Virus record (IMG/VR): IMGVR_UViG_3300044448_008243
Coordinates: 8,088 to 72,087 of that record
Length of the DNA stretch: 64,000 bases
Direction: 5' to 3' (one strand)
Source of the DNA: a virus
Taxonomy: Duplodnaviria; Caudoviricetes
Below are positions 1 through 9,001 of this stretch, one piece after another. Within the stretch, counting starts at the first letter, position 1, and each line of letters starts with the position of its first letter. A program made the translations under genes and the position numbers. The notes beneath the pieces are model-generated. The model did not search any database. It saw only the letters and a program-made list of their open reading frames with translations, and was not told the origin of the DNA.

Positions 1-1
1 T

Positions 2-832
2 CATATCCCAGCAGGAGTATTTTACGGCATCGAATCAATCATAGGTCCGGGGTGCGTTGTAGATCCAGAACAATTTTTTAAAGAAATCGAGGAGCTTGAA
101 TCGGCGGGTATACCTGCTTCAACTCTTGTATCGATTGCCAATAACGCGCATGTAATTACAAAAAATCATAAAACTGAAGACAGCAAGGATTCTAGAATTG
201 GCACCACAAAAAGAGGCAACGGTCCAGCATACAGAGATAAATACAATAGGACTGGCACTAGGGCAAAAGAACTTGAATGTTTTGAGGGGTACTTAATTGA
301 TATCTATGAAGAATTATATTCAAACCCCAACGCAGAAATACTATTTGAAGGCGCACAGGGATTTGGACTAGACATTGATCATGGCGACTATCCTTATGTA
401 ACTTCATCACATTGCACAACAGCCGCCGCACTTCTTAACGGAGTTCCTCCACAAGCAATCAGAAATGTTTGGGGAGTTGCAAAGATTTACGAGACTTACG
501 TCGGAGCAAAGACTTTTCAACCCAAGGGAAATGTCTTTAATGCCTTGCAGAGTATCGGAGAAGAATTTGGCGCTACAACTGGTCGAAAAAGACAGTGTAA
601 TTGGATGGACTTAGATAATCTCAAAAAAGCTATCCGCATGAACGGTGTAACTGACTTAGTATTTAATAAAATGGATGTTCTTAGAGAAATTGGAGAATGG
701 AAATTTTATAACAATGGCGAAGTCATGCGTCTCGATACCGAACAAGAAGTCAGAAGTTGGCTTACTTCATACTTCTCTACCTTCCCTACTATTTCCAACG
801 TCTACTTTTCAGGAAATAAAGATAGGATTTAG
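2..832 (+). CDS. purA: Adenylosuccinate synthetase, 5'-truncated by the window edge
   Basis: The frame is open from base 2 (HIPAGVFYG...IGPGCVVDP) and contains LFEGAQG, LDIDHGDYPYVTSS, EFGATTGRKRQCNW and NKMD. The track ORF 545..832 is only the C-terminal part. Confidence 0.95.
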   Translation, partial: HIPAGVFYGIESIIGPGCVVDPEQFFKEIEELESAGIPASTLVSIANNAHVITKNHKTEDSKDSRIGTTKRGNGPAYRDKYNRTGTRAKELECFEGYLIDIYEELYSNPNAEILFEGAQGFGLDIDHGDYPYVTSSHCTTAAALLNGVPPQAIRNVWGVAKIYETYVGAKTFQPKGNVFNALQSIGEEFGATTGRKRQCNWMDLDNLKKAIRMNGVTDLVFNKMDVLREIGEWKFYNNGEVMRLDTEQEVRSWLTSYFSTFPTISNVYFSGNKDRI

Positions 833-843
833 TTCTTTTCATC

Positions 844-851
844 ACTATTTA
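844..851 (+). promoter_or_regulatory. ACTATTTA recurrent upstream motif (putative phage late promoter)
   Basis: Sits just upstream of the 859 ATG; the same motif recurs on the coding strand before many genes. Confidence 0.55.
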
Positions 852-858
852 CTAAGTG

Positions 859-1656
859 ATGGAAAATACACAGAACATTAAAGATCTTGTCCAAAAGTTC
901 TACCCATATGCCAAGAATGCTTTAGGATTTGAGCATCCTGTACGTGTTATTATGCGACAAGATGCTGAAAATGCTGAACAATCATTAGGAAAAACGGCAT
1001 ACTATGATCCGGAGAATAAACTTATTGTTCTCTATGTAACAAATAGGCATCCAAAAGATGTACTTCGTTCCTTTTCCCATGAACTAGTTCATCATGCACA
1101 AAACTGTCGTGGTGATTTAGATGATATGACAACACAAGGTCACTATGCAGAAGATGGCAAAGGTAGAGAAATTGAGAAAGAAGCCTACTTACAGGGAAAT
1201 TTAAATGTAAGAGACTGGGAAGATCAGTTAAAGTTTAAAGGAGAAAACCAAATGAACGAACATTATCAAATCGCAAAAGAAGAATTAAGAAAACTAGTGG
1301 CAGAAACTTTTAAACAAGTTATGGCGGAAAAAGAAGCGAAGCCTGATTTTCTTGATTTAGATAAAGATGGCGACAAAAAAGAGCCGATGAAAAAAGCCGC
1401 CAAGGATAAAAAAGAAAAAGTTAAAGAAGCCGAAAAGCCTAAATATGATAAAAGTCAAGACAAAGAGCACGATGATGCTAAAGAACTTGGTGCCAAGCTT
1501 GCTGGCAAACTAGAGGAATCCAAACAAAAAGAAAAGCAAGTGGTAACAGAAACACCACAGCAACCCAAAGAAGTTAAAGAAACAAATAAGTCTTGGTATA
1601 ATACAAGTCTTTACAGTAAATTAGTATCCAAATGGACAAAAAAAGGAGATAAATAA
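859..1656 (+). CDS. Putative HExxH zinc metallopeptidase-like protein with a charged C-terminal half (possible head/scaffold protein)
   Basis: HELVHH motif with downstream EIEKEA; K/E-rich tail containing DFLDLDKDGDKKE. The track start is the GTG at 856. Confidence 0.55.
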   Translation: MENTQNIKDLVQKFYPYAKNALGFEHPVRVIMRQDAENAEQSLGKTAYYDPENKLIVLYVTNRHPKDVLRSFSHELVHHAQNCRGDLDDMTTQGHYAEDGKGREIEKEAYLQGNLNVRDWEDQLKFKGENQMNEHYQIAKEELRKLVAETFKQVMAEKEAKPDFLDLDKDGDKKEPMKKAAKDKKEKVKEAEKPKYDKSQDKEHDDAKELGAKLAGKLEESKQKEKQVVTETPQQPKEVKETNKSWYNTSLYSKLVSKWTKKGDK

Positions 1657-1657
1657 A

Positions 1658-1888
1658 ATGGGAAGCCCAAGAAGAAGAAGACTAAAAAAAGCAATGAGAG
1701 CTGGCATGCTAAAAGCTAAAGAAGCAGTTGAAGCAGTAGTGGATGTTGTTGTCGAAGCTGTGACACCGGAATTAGAGCCCGAGCCAGAACCACTAGAAGA
1801 AGCCCCTGCGGTAGAAGCCCCAGTGGTCAAAGAGGAGATTAAGACTAAACCCAAAGCGCCCGCAAAAAAAGCACCAAAGAAAAAGTAG
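1658..1888 (+). CDS. Small low-complexity K/E/P-rich hypothetical protein
   Basis: GGAG-type SD upstream; packs tightly between its neighbours. Confidence 0.7.
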   Translation: MGSPRRRRLKKAMRAGMLKAKEAVEAVVDVVVEAVTPELEPEPEPLEEAPAVEAPVVKEEIKTKPKAPAKKAPKKK

Positions 1889-1898
1889 GTAAATACTA

Positions 1899-3266
1899 AT
1901 GGCAACCGTATATGTTTCAAAATCTGGTAATGATAGTAACAACGGTACTGCTGGCGCTCCTGTATTAACTCTTGGAAAAGCTTTTGAAAAGGTTGACGTG
2001 GCAAACGAAGCTGGTAGCGAGATCATCATACAAGATAGCGGCGTCTATCAAGAGGGTGGTCTTGGTACAACATCTAATAACGGTGGGTCAAATGTAGTTG
2101 TATCTGATATAACTCTTATGGCTCTAACTGGATCAGATGGGCTACCCACAGTTACTCCAACTATTCAAGGATCTGGCAGTGCAGTTCAAAGCTATGCTCT
2201 TTACTGCTACAGAGGTTGGACAATAAAGGGTATTACATTTACAGATTGGATTACCGATGAGGGGGTTATATATCAGCGATCTACCGGCGCTGGAGACTAT
2301 GGATTAACTATTACTCTCTGTACATTCTATCATATAACTGGATCTTGTATTAACCTTAAAGGTGGAAACTCCGCTGCGAATGATCCGGGTATGCACATAA
2401 TCGATGGAAACACTTTTTACGATTTTCAAGCATCCGCAAGCGTTGGATCAGCAATCCACGCTGGGGGCACAAATCATTCAAGACAAATAACGGCTGTGAA
2501 TAATGTTTTTTATGATTGGAAACCGTTGCGTTCAGGTGATAATATTATATTTACGGGCACTACAAATGCTAAAAGACCCCTCAATGTTATTTCACACAAT
2601 ACTTTTGGTACCTCTAGTGTTGGAAGCAATTTCTTCCCCAATGTAGCGGTAGAAGTTGATTATGCGAAGTTTGAATACAATATAATAAAAGACCAAACCA
2701 ATGCTCAGTCTTTTGCTCAAGTAGATAACGGAGAAGCTAATTATAATATTTACCATGGTCTATCTCAAGGAAATGCTCGCGCACCCTTTGGCACCTCCGC
2801 CGATCCGACAGGATCAACTGGTAACCAGAATATAGATCCAATTTTGAAAGGTCCAGCATTTACAGGCGCTAATGCAAATTACAGATTAAAAGGTAGCAGT
2901 TCTCCAGCATTCGACGCAGCTATAGGCAGCGCTAATGCCACAAAAGATAGAACAGGGAGGTTGAGATCTGTTTTGGATGTAACTGCTTTCAATACAGGAA
3001 TATTTGATATTGGAGCCTATGAGGTAACTGGACTTTGGCAAGATGAATCGCCAGATTCTCTTTCTCAAATCGAATCTGATTTTACTATCAATAGAATTCC
3101 AAACGCTGACAATCAATGGAAAAAAGGATTGCAGGAGGGCAATTCAGCTGTTCTTGGCAAGGATGTTGATCAAGTTCCGCTTTCCACCGCAGTAAACGGA
3201 GCCGTTCCCTCATTTATAAGAAAAAGACCAACTGCGAATACTCAAGAATTAGGCAAGAAGGTATAA
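1899..3266 (+). CDS. Right-handed parallel beta-helix (pectin-lyase-like) protein, probably virion-associated
   Basis: N-terminal VYVSKSGNDSNNGT...PVLTLGKA (DUF1565-like), Asn-ladder repeats (NTFY, NNVF, HNTF, YNII) and a C-terminal DIGAYE motif. Confidence 0.75.
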   Translation: MATVYVSKSGNDSNNGTAGAPVLTLGKAFEKVDVANEAGSEIIIQDSGVYQEGGLGTTSNNGGSNVVVSDITLMALTGSDGLPTVTPTIQGSGSAVQSYALYCYRGWTIKGITFTDWITDEGVIYQRSTGAGDYGLTITLCTFYHITGSCINLKGGNSAANDPGMHIIDGNTFYDFQASASVGSAIHAGGTNHSRQITAVNNVFYDWKPLRSGDNIIFTGTTNAKRPLNVISHNTFGTSSVGSNFFPNVAVEVDYAKFEYNIIKDQTNAQSFAQVDNGEANYNIYHGLSQGNARAPFGTSADPTGSTGNQNIDPILKGPAFTGANANYRLKGSSSPAFDAAIGSANATKDRTGRLRSVLDVTAFNTGIFDIGAYEVTGLWQDESPDSLSQIESDFTINRIPNADNQWKKGLQEGNSAVLGKDVDQVPLSTAVNGAVPSFIRKRPTANTQELGKKV

Positions 3267-3270
3267 AGAT

Positions 3271-3555
3271 ATGAACATAGATTACTATAAAATGACAAAA
3301 GATTTTTTATTGCATGAAGGAGTGTTGCCCGAGGCTACTATATTGACATATGTGCAAGCTTTGTCAGAGACAATTGCAAATATGAAACCTCGCACTCAAT
3401 CAGAGAGCCGCCGATTATCGATGGCAAAGCAGCAATTAAAAGAGATCAAAAAGATGGCTCGTAGAATGCAAGAACAAATAACCGTCTTAGAAGAAAGAGT
3501 AAATGTCCTTGAAGAAATCAAAGAGGATTTAGATAATGGTAAAACTAATAGCTGA
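3271..3555 (+). CDS. Hypothetical protein with a C-terminal coiled coil
   Basis: Heptad-like KQQLKEIKKMARRMQEQITVLEERVNVLEE; overlaps the next start. Confidence 0.7.
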   Translation: MNIDYYKMTKDFLLHEGVLPEATILTYVQALSETIANMKPRTQSESRRLSMAKQQLKEIKKMARRMQEQITVLEERVNVLEEIKEDLDNGKTNS

Positions 3556-6271
3556 AGGTGGTGTTGCAGGTCACTTAGCACACCTCTATGACAACCGAAG
3601 CTTAACATTTGAAAAGCTAGCAGAAATTTTAACTTCTGCAAGCAGAGGTAAACTCGTCGGAACTGAAAAGACTGACGGGTTTAATGTTTATTTGGGCTTT
3701 AACAATGGAGAGGCTAAGGCTGCTCGAAATAAGGGAGACATGCAAAAGGGAGGCATGAATGCCGTAGACCTTGCCATGCGTGATTTTAAAGGCGGTCCAG
3801 ATATTAAAAAGGTTTATGTTGATTCTTTTAACGCTTTTGAAGCTGCCGTTGCCTCCTTATCTGAAGAAGAAAAGAAAGCTATCTTTGGTTCCGAAGGTGA
3901 GATATTTTATAATTCAGAAATCATGGGTCCCGGCGCGTCTAATGTTGTTAACTATGATTCCAATATTATCACCATACATAGCGCAGGACACAAAAGATAT
4001 GACGCAGAAACAGACAAAGTTGTCAATGCTGATGTAACAGAGGCGTCCAAAGCATTAGATAAAGTTGTAGATCGCTTTGAGCAAGCAACCCAAGGAAAAA
4101 ACTTTGGTGTTCAAAGAACCGCGATGGTCAATCTTCAAAAACTTAGTGGAGATTATGACCTTAAAATAGCACTTGAAAAAATCAAAAAAGCAGGATTCCA
4201 AGGTGATATGACCGTTGAAGACTACCTCGAAGAGAAACTTTCACAAGATGTTGAAGAAAAGTTTAGATCTCTTGATGAAAATCTGAGACAACGGATTGTT
4301 GATCGCATTCTGAAAAAAGAAGGAGCACCTACTCTTACACAGATCTATCGTGGGCTCGGAGCAGAAGCCGAGATAAAAGATCAAGTTAGGAGTTATGTTC
4401 AAACCGGTAATAAGACCATCTCTAAACTAATCTGGCCCATTGAAGATGCCATACACGATTTTGCTGTCGCCATGCTAGAGGGCATGGAGAGCGCTTACAT
4501 ACTTGATAATAACAAGGAAATTAGCCGCCTCAAAGGAGAGGTAGAGACAGCCATTAAATCTATTCAGGCTTACCAAGGACCCGGACAAGAGATGGCACAC
4601 GAAATCTTGGCTAAACAGCTCAGGAAAATAAAAAACTTAGACAATATTACATCTGTCGCAGAAGGTTTTGTTTTTGAGTATGATGGTCAACTTTACAAGT
4701 TTACTGGTAACTTTGCGCCAATCAACCAGATCTTAGGTCTTTTCCGCTTTGGAAGAGGTGGCGTTAAGATCCCAAGAGTTGATGAGGCAAAAGGTGCTAC
4801 TGAGACAGTTGCTATCGTCCCCGGCGCTTTTAAACCTCCACACAGAGGGCACCTAGATATGGTTAAGCATTACGCAGACAATGCCGACCGTGTTATTGTT
4901 ATGGTTTCACCCAAAGCGAGGCAAACTCCTTCAGGGCAAGATGTAGGTCAGGAACAGTCCATTGATATTTGGGAACTTTACTTAAATAAAGCGGGACTTA
5001 CAAACGTAGAAGTTATACCTTCTCCACATCCGTCACCAGTTAGATCTGCTTACGAATACGTAGAAAATACCGCACAACCCGGCGAAAATGTTATACTTGG
5101 GACAAGCACAAAGGGCGGTGACCAATCAAGGTTCGCAAAAAACGTTCAAGCATATGCTAAAGAGGGCGTTAGGGTATTAGATCCTATGAAGTTTGCTTTC
5201 GATCCAGTTGGCGAAGAACTTAGTGCTAGTGATTTTAGATCAGCGGCAGAAAGTAGCGATATCAATAGATTTTTACCTAGTGGTATTGAACCACAGGACG
5301 TGTTAGATATTTTAGGCATACAGGGCGGGACTGAAGAAGTTGTAGAACACGCTGCCCTCCCCTTGTTCTTTCGGCTGATTGAAGAAGTTCTGGATGAAAT
5401 GGAGCCAATTCAAAAGTTTTATGCAAAAGATCATGCTAAGAAAAGAATGTCTACCAAAGGTGAAAAAAAGAAAGGCGGAGTCCCTTACGATATAAACCCG
5501 CCAAAGGCTAGAGCAAAATCAGCCCCTCCGGGCTTTGGCGGAGCACTAGAGGAAGAGCATAGGTTATCCGAGGGCATTGAAGATGAAACTTGGTATTATT
5601 CAACGGATAAGCCCATTGGTGATAGTTTAGAGCCTATGTATCTTGTGCCAAACAGAGATACTGCCGAAATGACAGGCAAACATGTCTATGCTTTCAAATT
5701 TAAACCGGGAACAAAGTGGTTTGATCTTGGTGCCGATAAAGATATGAAAAATATGCTTCCATACAATATTGACACTCTTGGTTATTTGAGCTTTAGGTGG
5801 GAAGATTTCACATATAAAAATATTGATGTTGTTTGGGATATCCCTGATTTCAAACAAGGCTTTGAAAAGATCTTCGTTGTAAATCCAGACGCACTAGAGC
5901 AAGTTGATATGGAACTAGGTGAAATATCCTCTATGGCTGGTGGTTCTGTTGCGGGGTATTCTTTGCCTTTAGGTGCCAAGGCTAGAAAGAAAAAGAAAAA
6001 TAAAAAAGCAGGAAAGCCCTACATGGAACCACACATGCATCAAGATGGAAATAATCTTCAAGAGATTTCAACTAGTTCCGGTGGTTCTATTGAACAATTA
6101 AATTTTGACCTTACAGATGATACACAAACTTTGTATGTTAGAGAAAAAGAGGGCAGAAAAGGATATCCTTTTGCAGGTATTAAAATAAACATTAAAAAAA
6201 AGAAGTACAGGCATGATAAAATAAAATTTCCTAGACCAAGGAAAGACGCCCACAGGTATGGTAAAGAGTAA
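3536..6271 (+). CDS. 911-aa multidomain protein: ligase-like nucleotidyltransferase (DUF6267-like) + HIGH-family (NMNAT/cytidylyltransferase-like) domain + possible ART-like domain
   Basis: GHLAHLYD, EKTDG (KxDG), AEGFVF and YKFTG; then GAFKPPHRGH and LSASDFR; then WYYSTD...MYLVP...HVYAFKF. Confidence 0.65.
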   Translation: MVKLIAEGGVAGHLAHLYDNRSLTFEKLAEILTSASRGKLVGTEKTDGFNVYLGFNNGEAKAARNKGDMQKGGMNAVDLAMRDFKGGPDIKKVYVDSFNAFEAAVASLSEEEKKAIFGSEGEIFYNSEIMGPGASNVVNYDSNIITIHSAGHKRYDAETDKVVNADVTEASKALDKVVDRFEQATQGKNFGVQRTAMVNLQKLSGDYDLKIALEKIKKAGFQGDMTVEDYLEEKLSQDVEEKFRSLDENLRQRIVDRILKKEGAPTLTQIYRGLGAEAEIKDQVRSYVQTGNKTISKLIWPIEDAIHDFAVAMLEGMESAYILDNNKEISRLKGEVETAIKSIQAYQGPGQEMAHEILAKQLRKIKNLDNITSVAEGFVFEYDGQLYKFTGNFAPINQILGLFRFGRGGVKIPRVDEAKGATETVAIVPGAFKPPHRGHLDMVKHYADNADRVIVMVSPKARQTPSGQDVGQEQSIDIWELYLNKAGLTNVEVIPSPHPSPVRSAYEYVENTAQPGENVILGTSTKGGDQSRFAKNVQAYAKEGVRVLDPMKFAFDPVGEELSASDFRSAAESSDINRFLPSGIEPQDVLDILGIQGGTEEVVEHAALPLFFRLIEEVLDEMEPIQKFYAKDHAKKRMSTKGEKKKGGVPYDINPPKARAKSAPPGFGGALEEEHRLSEGIEDETWYYSTDKPIGDSLEPMYLVPNRDTAEMTGKHVYAFKFKPGTKWFDLGADKDMKNMLPYNIDTLGYLSFRWEDFTYKNIDVVWDIPDFKQGFEKIFVVNPDALEQVDMELGEISSMAGGSVAGYSLPLGAKARKKKKNKKAGKPYMEPHMHQDGNNLQEISTSSGGSIEQLNFDLTDDTQTLYVREKEGRKGYPFAGIKINIKKKKYRHDKIKFPRPRKDAHRYGKE

Positions 6272-6316
6272 AAGCAAGTAATTAATACTACTTAAGGTAT
6301 TAAGGAGAAACACCAA

Positions 6317-7045
6317 ATGTATATTGATAGACAAGAAATAGTTGAAGAACTTAAGCTTCGCAAGCTTATTCGCAAGGCAATCCGAATCGCAGAAGCAAAA
6401 AGACAAAATAACGAGCAAAAATTCTTATCTGAAGAAGAAAGACTTCGCAAGGTTATTCGTAATTTGATTGCCGAAGCTGAAGTTGGTGATACAGAGGATT
6501 CTCCCTATGATAGCACTGGCTTGAATGTTCTAAATACTTTGTTTGATAACATTCTTAAAACCATTGAGACAGGATATAAAGAACTTGCTTCATCAAGCGA
6601 TCAAAGGGATTCTTTTGCTGCACATATGCTTAAAGCTGTTGAGAATACTTTAGCGCCACTCCGCGCTTTAGACAGATCAGATCAAGTATCAGAAGATATT
6701 GATATTGAAGTGAGAAAAGACCGCCCAGAGGATATGTCAGATATTAGAGTTGACAAAGAAGAGCAGGCCGTAGATGACTTTGGTATCGAAGGACAAGACT
6801 TAACTGGTCGAGATAAGGCTTACGAGACATTTAATAAAGTTGAGACACAGATTGTAGAAGCCTACAAATCACTGCATAGCCAAGAAGACATCAAGGCTTT
6901 CTATGATGGACTGCTTATGAACTTGGATCTTTACTTTAAGAAATTCGAAGATGAAATCCAACCATCAGTCGCTGCACCAGAAACAGCCGCCCCAGCAGAG
7001 CCGGAAGCTGGTGATATGGACCTCGATGACATAGCCAATATGTAG
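6317..7045 (+). CDS. Acidic hypothetical protein, possibly a head-associated protein
   Basis: AAGGAG SD upstream; ACTACTTA motif at 6287-6294; helical, acidic sequence. Confidence 0.7.
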   Translation: MYIDRQEIVEELKLRKLIRKAIRIAEAKRQNNEQKFLSEEERLRKVIRNLIAEAEVGDTEDSPYDSTGLNVLNTLFDNILKTIETGYKELASSSDQRDSFAAHMLKAVENTLAPLRALDRSDQVSEDIDIEVRKDRPEDMSDIRVDKEEQAVDDFGIEGQDLTGRDKAYETFNKVETQIVEAYKSLHSQEDIKAFYDGLLMNLDLYFKKFEDEIQPSVAAPETAAPAEPEAGDMDLDDIANM

Positions 7046-7046
7046 T

Positions 7047-7151
7047 CTACTTCAATAACATCCACAAAATAGCACAAACAACCGCAAGTTGCCCTCTAGT
7101 CACAAGTTGACCTGAGTGTAAACTCCACATATCTTTTACTTTCTGTAACAT
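7047..7151 (-). CDS. 34-aa small protein with a hydrophobic C-terminus (not in the ORF track)
   Basis: Translates as MLQKVKDMWSLHSGQLVTRGQLAVVCAILWMLLK*. GGAGG SD at 7159-7163, ACTAGTTA motif at 7170-7177, and it fills the gap exactly. Confidence 0.65.
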   Translation of the reverse strand: MLQKVKDMWSLHSGQLVTRGQLAVVCAILWMLLK

Positions 7152-7183
7152 ATCTATTCCTCCATATATTAACTAGTAGAAAC

Positions 7184-7216
7184 AAAAAAAGCCCTCAACC
7201 TTAATTAGTTGAGGGC
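7184..7216 (-). terminator. Intrinsic terminator for the 7242/7946 gene pair
   Basis: GCCCTCAAC/GTTGAGGGC stem (7191-7199/7208-7216) followed by a 7-U run on the minus strand. Confidence 0.8.
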
Positions 7217-7241
7217 TTATATATCAAAATACTTTTTTACT

Positions 7242-7925
7242 TTAAGCTAGCCTAACTGTATTGGTAGATCCGTCTACGTTAGTTACGCGAGTTTCAAACC
7301 ACCCAACAGGCTGACCACCAACAGTAGCTGTTTCCCCATCGGCGGCGGTTGCAGCGACTTTTACTAACTGATTAGTTTGAACAGTCTGCCCTGTAGCGGC
7401 AGTCAAAACCAAGCTTTGATTAACTGTTCCGCTAGCGTTTACCAAGTGCCACCTAATTGTGTCACCAACTTTGATTTTATCTGATCCACCGAATAGGGCT
7501 AGAATTACTGACTTGGCTGGCATTGTTACGGCAACGCTAGTAGAATTAGCTGTAACAACAACGACAGAACTAGCTAGATTTGCAGCAGTCAGAGTATGAG
7601 CACCAGTTGCAACAGAACCGGCTGCTGGCGGTCTAGTTTTTCTGGCGACGTTAAGAACGCCAGTATCAATATTGGATGTCAGCACCCCTTGCGCTTGAGA
7701 GTGATTTCCAAGAGTTAACCTGTGATCTCCCCCATCCGGATTTTCTATAATCCCACCTGCTGTAACTGTACAACCTCCGGTATCAACAGTCGCTCCACCT
7801 GCGAGATGAAGCTTCTTTTCAATACCAATTCCACCTTTGAATTCAACAGCCGCTGTAGATTTATCCGACGCTTCTGTTACATTAGCGAAGGTTACCCTTC
7901 CGTTAAATTGTTTTTGATCTGCCAT
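7242..7925 (-). CDS. Putative virion structural/decoration protein, paralogue A
   Basis: T/A/G/V-rich; shares long blocks with 7946..8620 (MADxKQFNGRVTFA, NIDTGVLNV, MPAKSVILALFGGS, TRVTNVDGS). Confidence 0.7.
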   Translation of the reverse strand: MADQKQFNGRVTFANVTEASDKSTAAVEFKGGIGIEKKLHLAGGATVDTGGCTVTAGGIIENPDGGDHRLTLGNHSQAQGVLTSNIDTGVLNVARKTRPPAAGSVATGAHTLTAANLASSVVVVTANSTSVAVTMPAKSVILALFGGSDKIKVGDTIRWHLVNASGTVNQSLVLTAATGQTVQTNQLVKVAATAADGETATVGGQPVGWFETRVTNVDGSTNTVRLA

Positions 7926-7945
7926 TTTATTAGTCCTCCCTTATA

Positions 7946-8620
7946 TTAAGCCAAGCGAACAGTTGCAGAAGATCCGTCCACGTTAGTTACGCGAGTGGCA
8001 AATCTCCCTGCTGCTGTTCCACCTACTGTTGCGGTTTCACCATCTGCTGCATTGGCAGCAATCTTAGCCTGTTGACCCGAAGGCACTGTTCCGTCTCCAT
8101 CATCAGATACGGTTAAAACAATACTTTCATTAACTGTAGTACCCAGATTTGCAATTGTGTATTCAATTGTATCTCCAACTGTAATCTCGCCGGAGCCTCC
8201 AAATAAAGCAAGAATAACTGATTTGGCAGGCATTTTTACAACAGTACTAGTAGCATTAGCTGTAATTTGAATATATCCAGATGCCATCTGGGCAGCTAAC
8301 AGTGTAGTAGGACCAGTTACATTAGCATGTGGCGCTGGTGAAGTTTTTCTTTCTACGTTAAGAACGCCAGTATCAATATTGGCTGTTAAAACACCTTGAG
8401 CTTGGGATAAGTTTCCTAGCTTAAGTTTTCCAGCTGGCATTGTGATACCACCTGCGGTAACTGTAAGCCCACCTGTATTAACTGTAAGTTTTTCTCCGGT
8501 GTGTACTTTCTTTTCTACAGCAACTCCACCTTTGAATTCCACTCCTGCTTCAGAGGCACTAGCTGCGTCTGTTGCATCAGCAAAGGTTACCCTTCCGTTA
8601 AATTGTTTTCTATCTGCCAT
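7946..8620 (-). CDS. Putative virion structural/decoration protein, paralogue B
   Basis: Tandem paralogue of 7242..7925; AGGAG SD; ACTATTTA motif at 8699-8706 on the minus strand. Confidence 0.7.
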   Translation of the reverse strand: MADRKQFNGRVTFADATDAASASEAGVEFKGGVAVEKKVHTGEKLTVNTGGLTVTAGGITMPAGKLKLGNLSQAQGVLTANIDTGVLNVERKTSPAPHANVTGPTTLLAAQMASGYIQITANATSTVVKMPAKSVILALFGGSGEITVGDTIEYTIANLGTTVNESIVLTVSDDGDGTVPSGQQAKIAANAADGETATVGGTAAGRFATRVTNVDGSSATVRLA

Positions 8621-8731
8621 TTTATTATTTCTCCTATAGGTTTAAAATGTTTTTAATTTTCTATATTAACATGCATGTTAGGGTATAACCCAACGTAATA
8701 AATAGTTAATAGTTTGCGAAAATACCATTTT

Positions 8732-8989
8732 CTATTCTGTTGGGATTTGTTCGTAGATTATGCCGACTTTGTATCTCTTGCCAAACTTAGCTTGGATCTT
8801 TTCTTCTAGCTCAAAGAGGTGCCTAAACTGTAGCTCTTCCCTACCCTTGATTTGCAAGTCCCTAACATAAAAAGTTTGTACCTCAGAGTCGTACTTTTCT
8901 AAATCAAAATCAACACTCCAAATCTTGGAGCAATACTCTGCGTGGTCTCTTGTCCAATCTCTAACTAATTCAACATCATCTTTGTACAT
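8732..8989 (-). CDS. Hypothetical protein (85 aa)
   Basis: Start corrected to ATG 8989 (MYKDDVELV) because the track start at 9031 lies inside tRNA-Asn. Confidence 0.65.
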   Translation of the reverse strand: MYKDDVELVRDWTRDHAEYCSKIWSVDFDLEKYDSEVQTFYVRDLQIKGREELQFRHLFELEEKIQAKFGKRYKVGIIYEQIPTE

Positions 8990-9001
8990 TACAAGCTCGC
9001 A

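Noticed and set aside
1621-2029. Hydrophobic or S/T-rich antisense ORFs resembling membrane proteins
   Set aside because: They are shadows of the K/E/P-rich plus-strand genes. The many other short antisense and nested ORFs in the track were dropped for the same reason.
7242-8620. Possible diversity-generating retroelement (TR/VR pair)
   Set aside because: Both copies are full genes, the differences are not confined to adenines and include indels, and no reverse transcriptase is present in the window.
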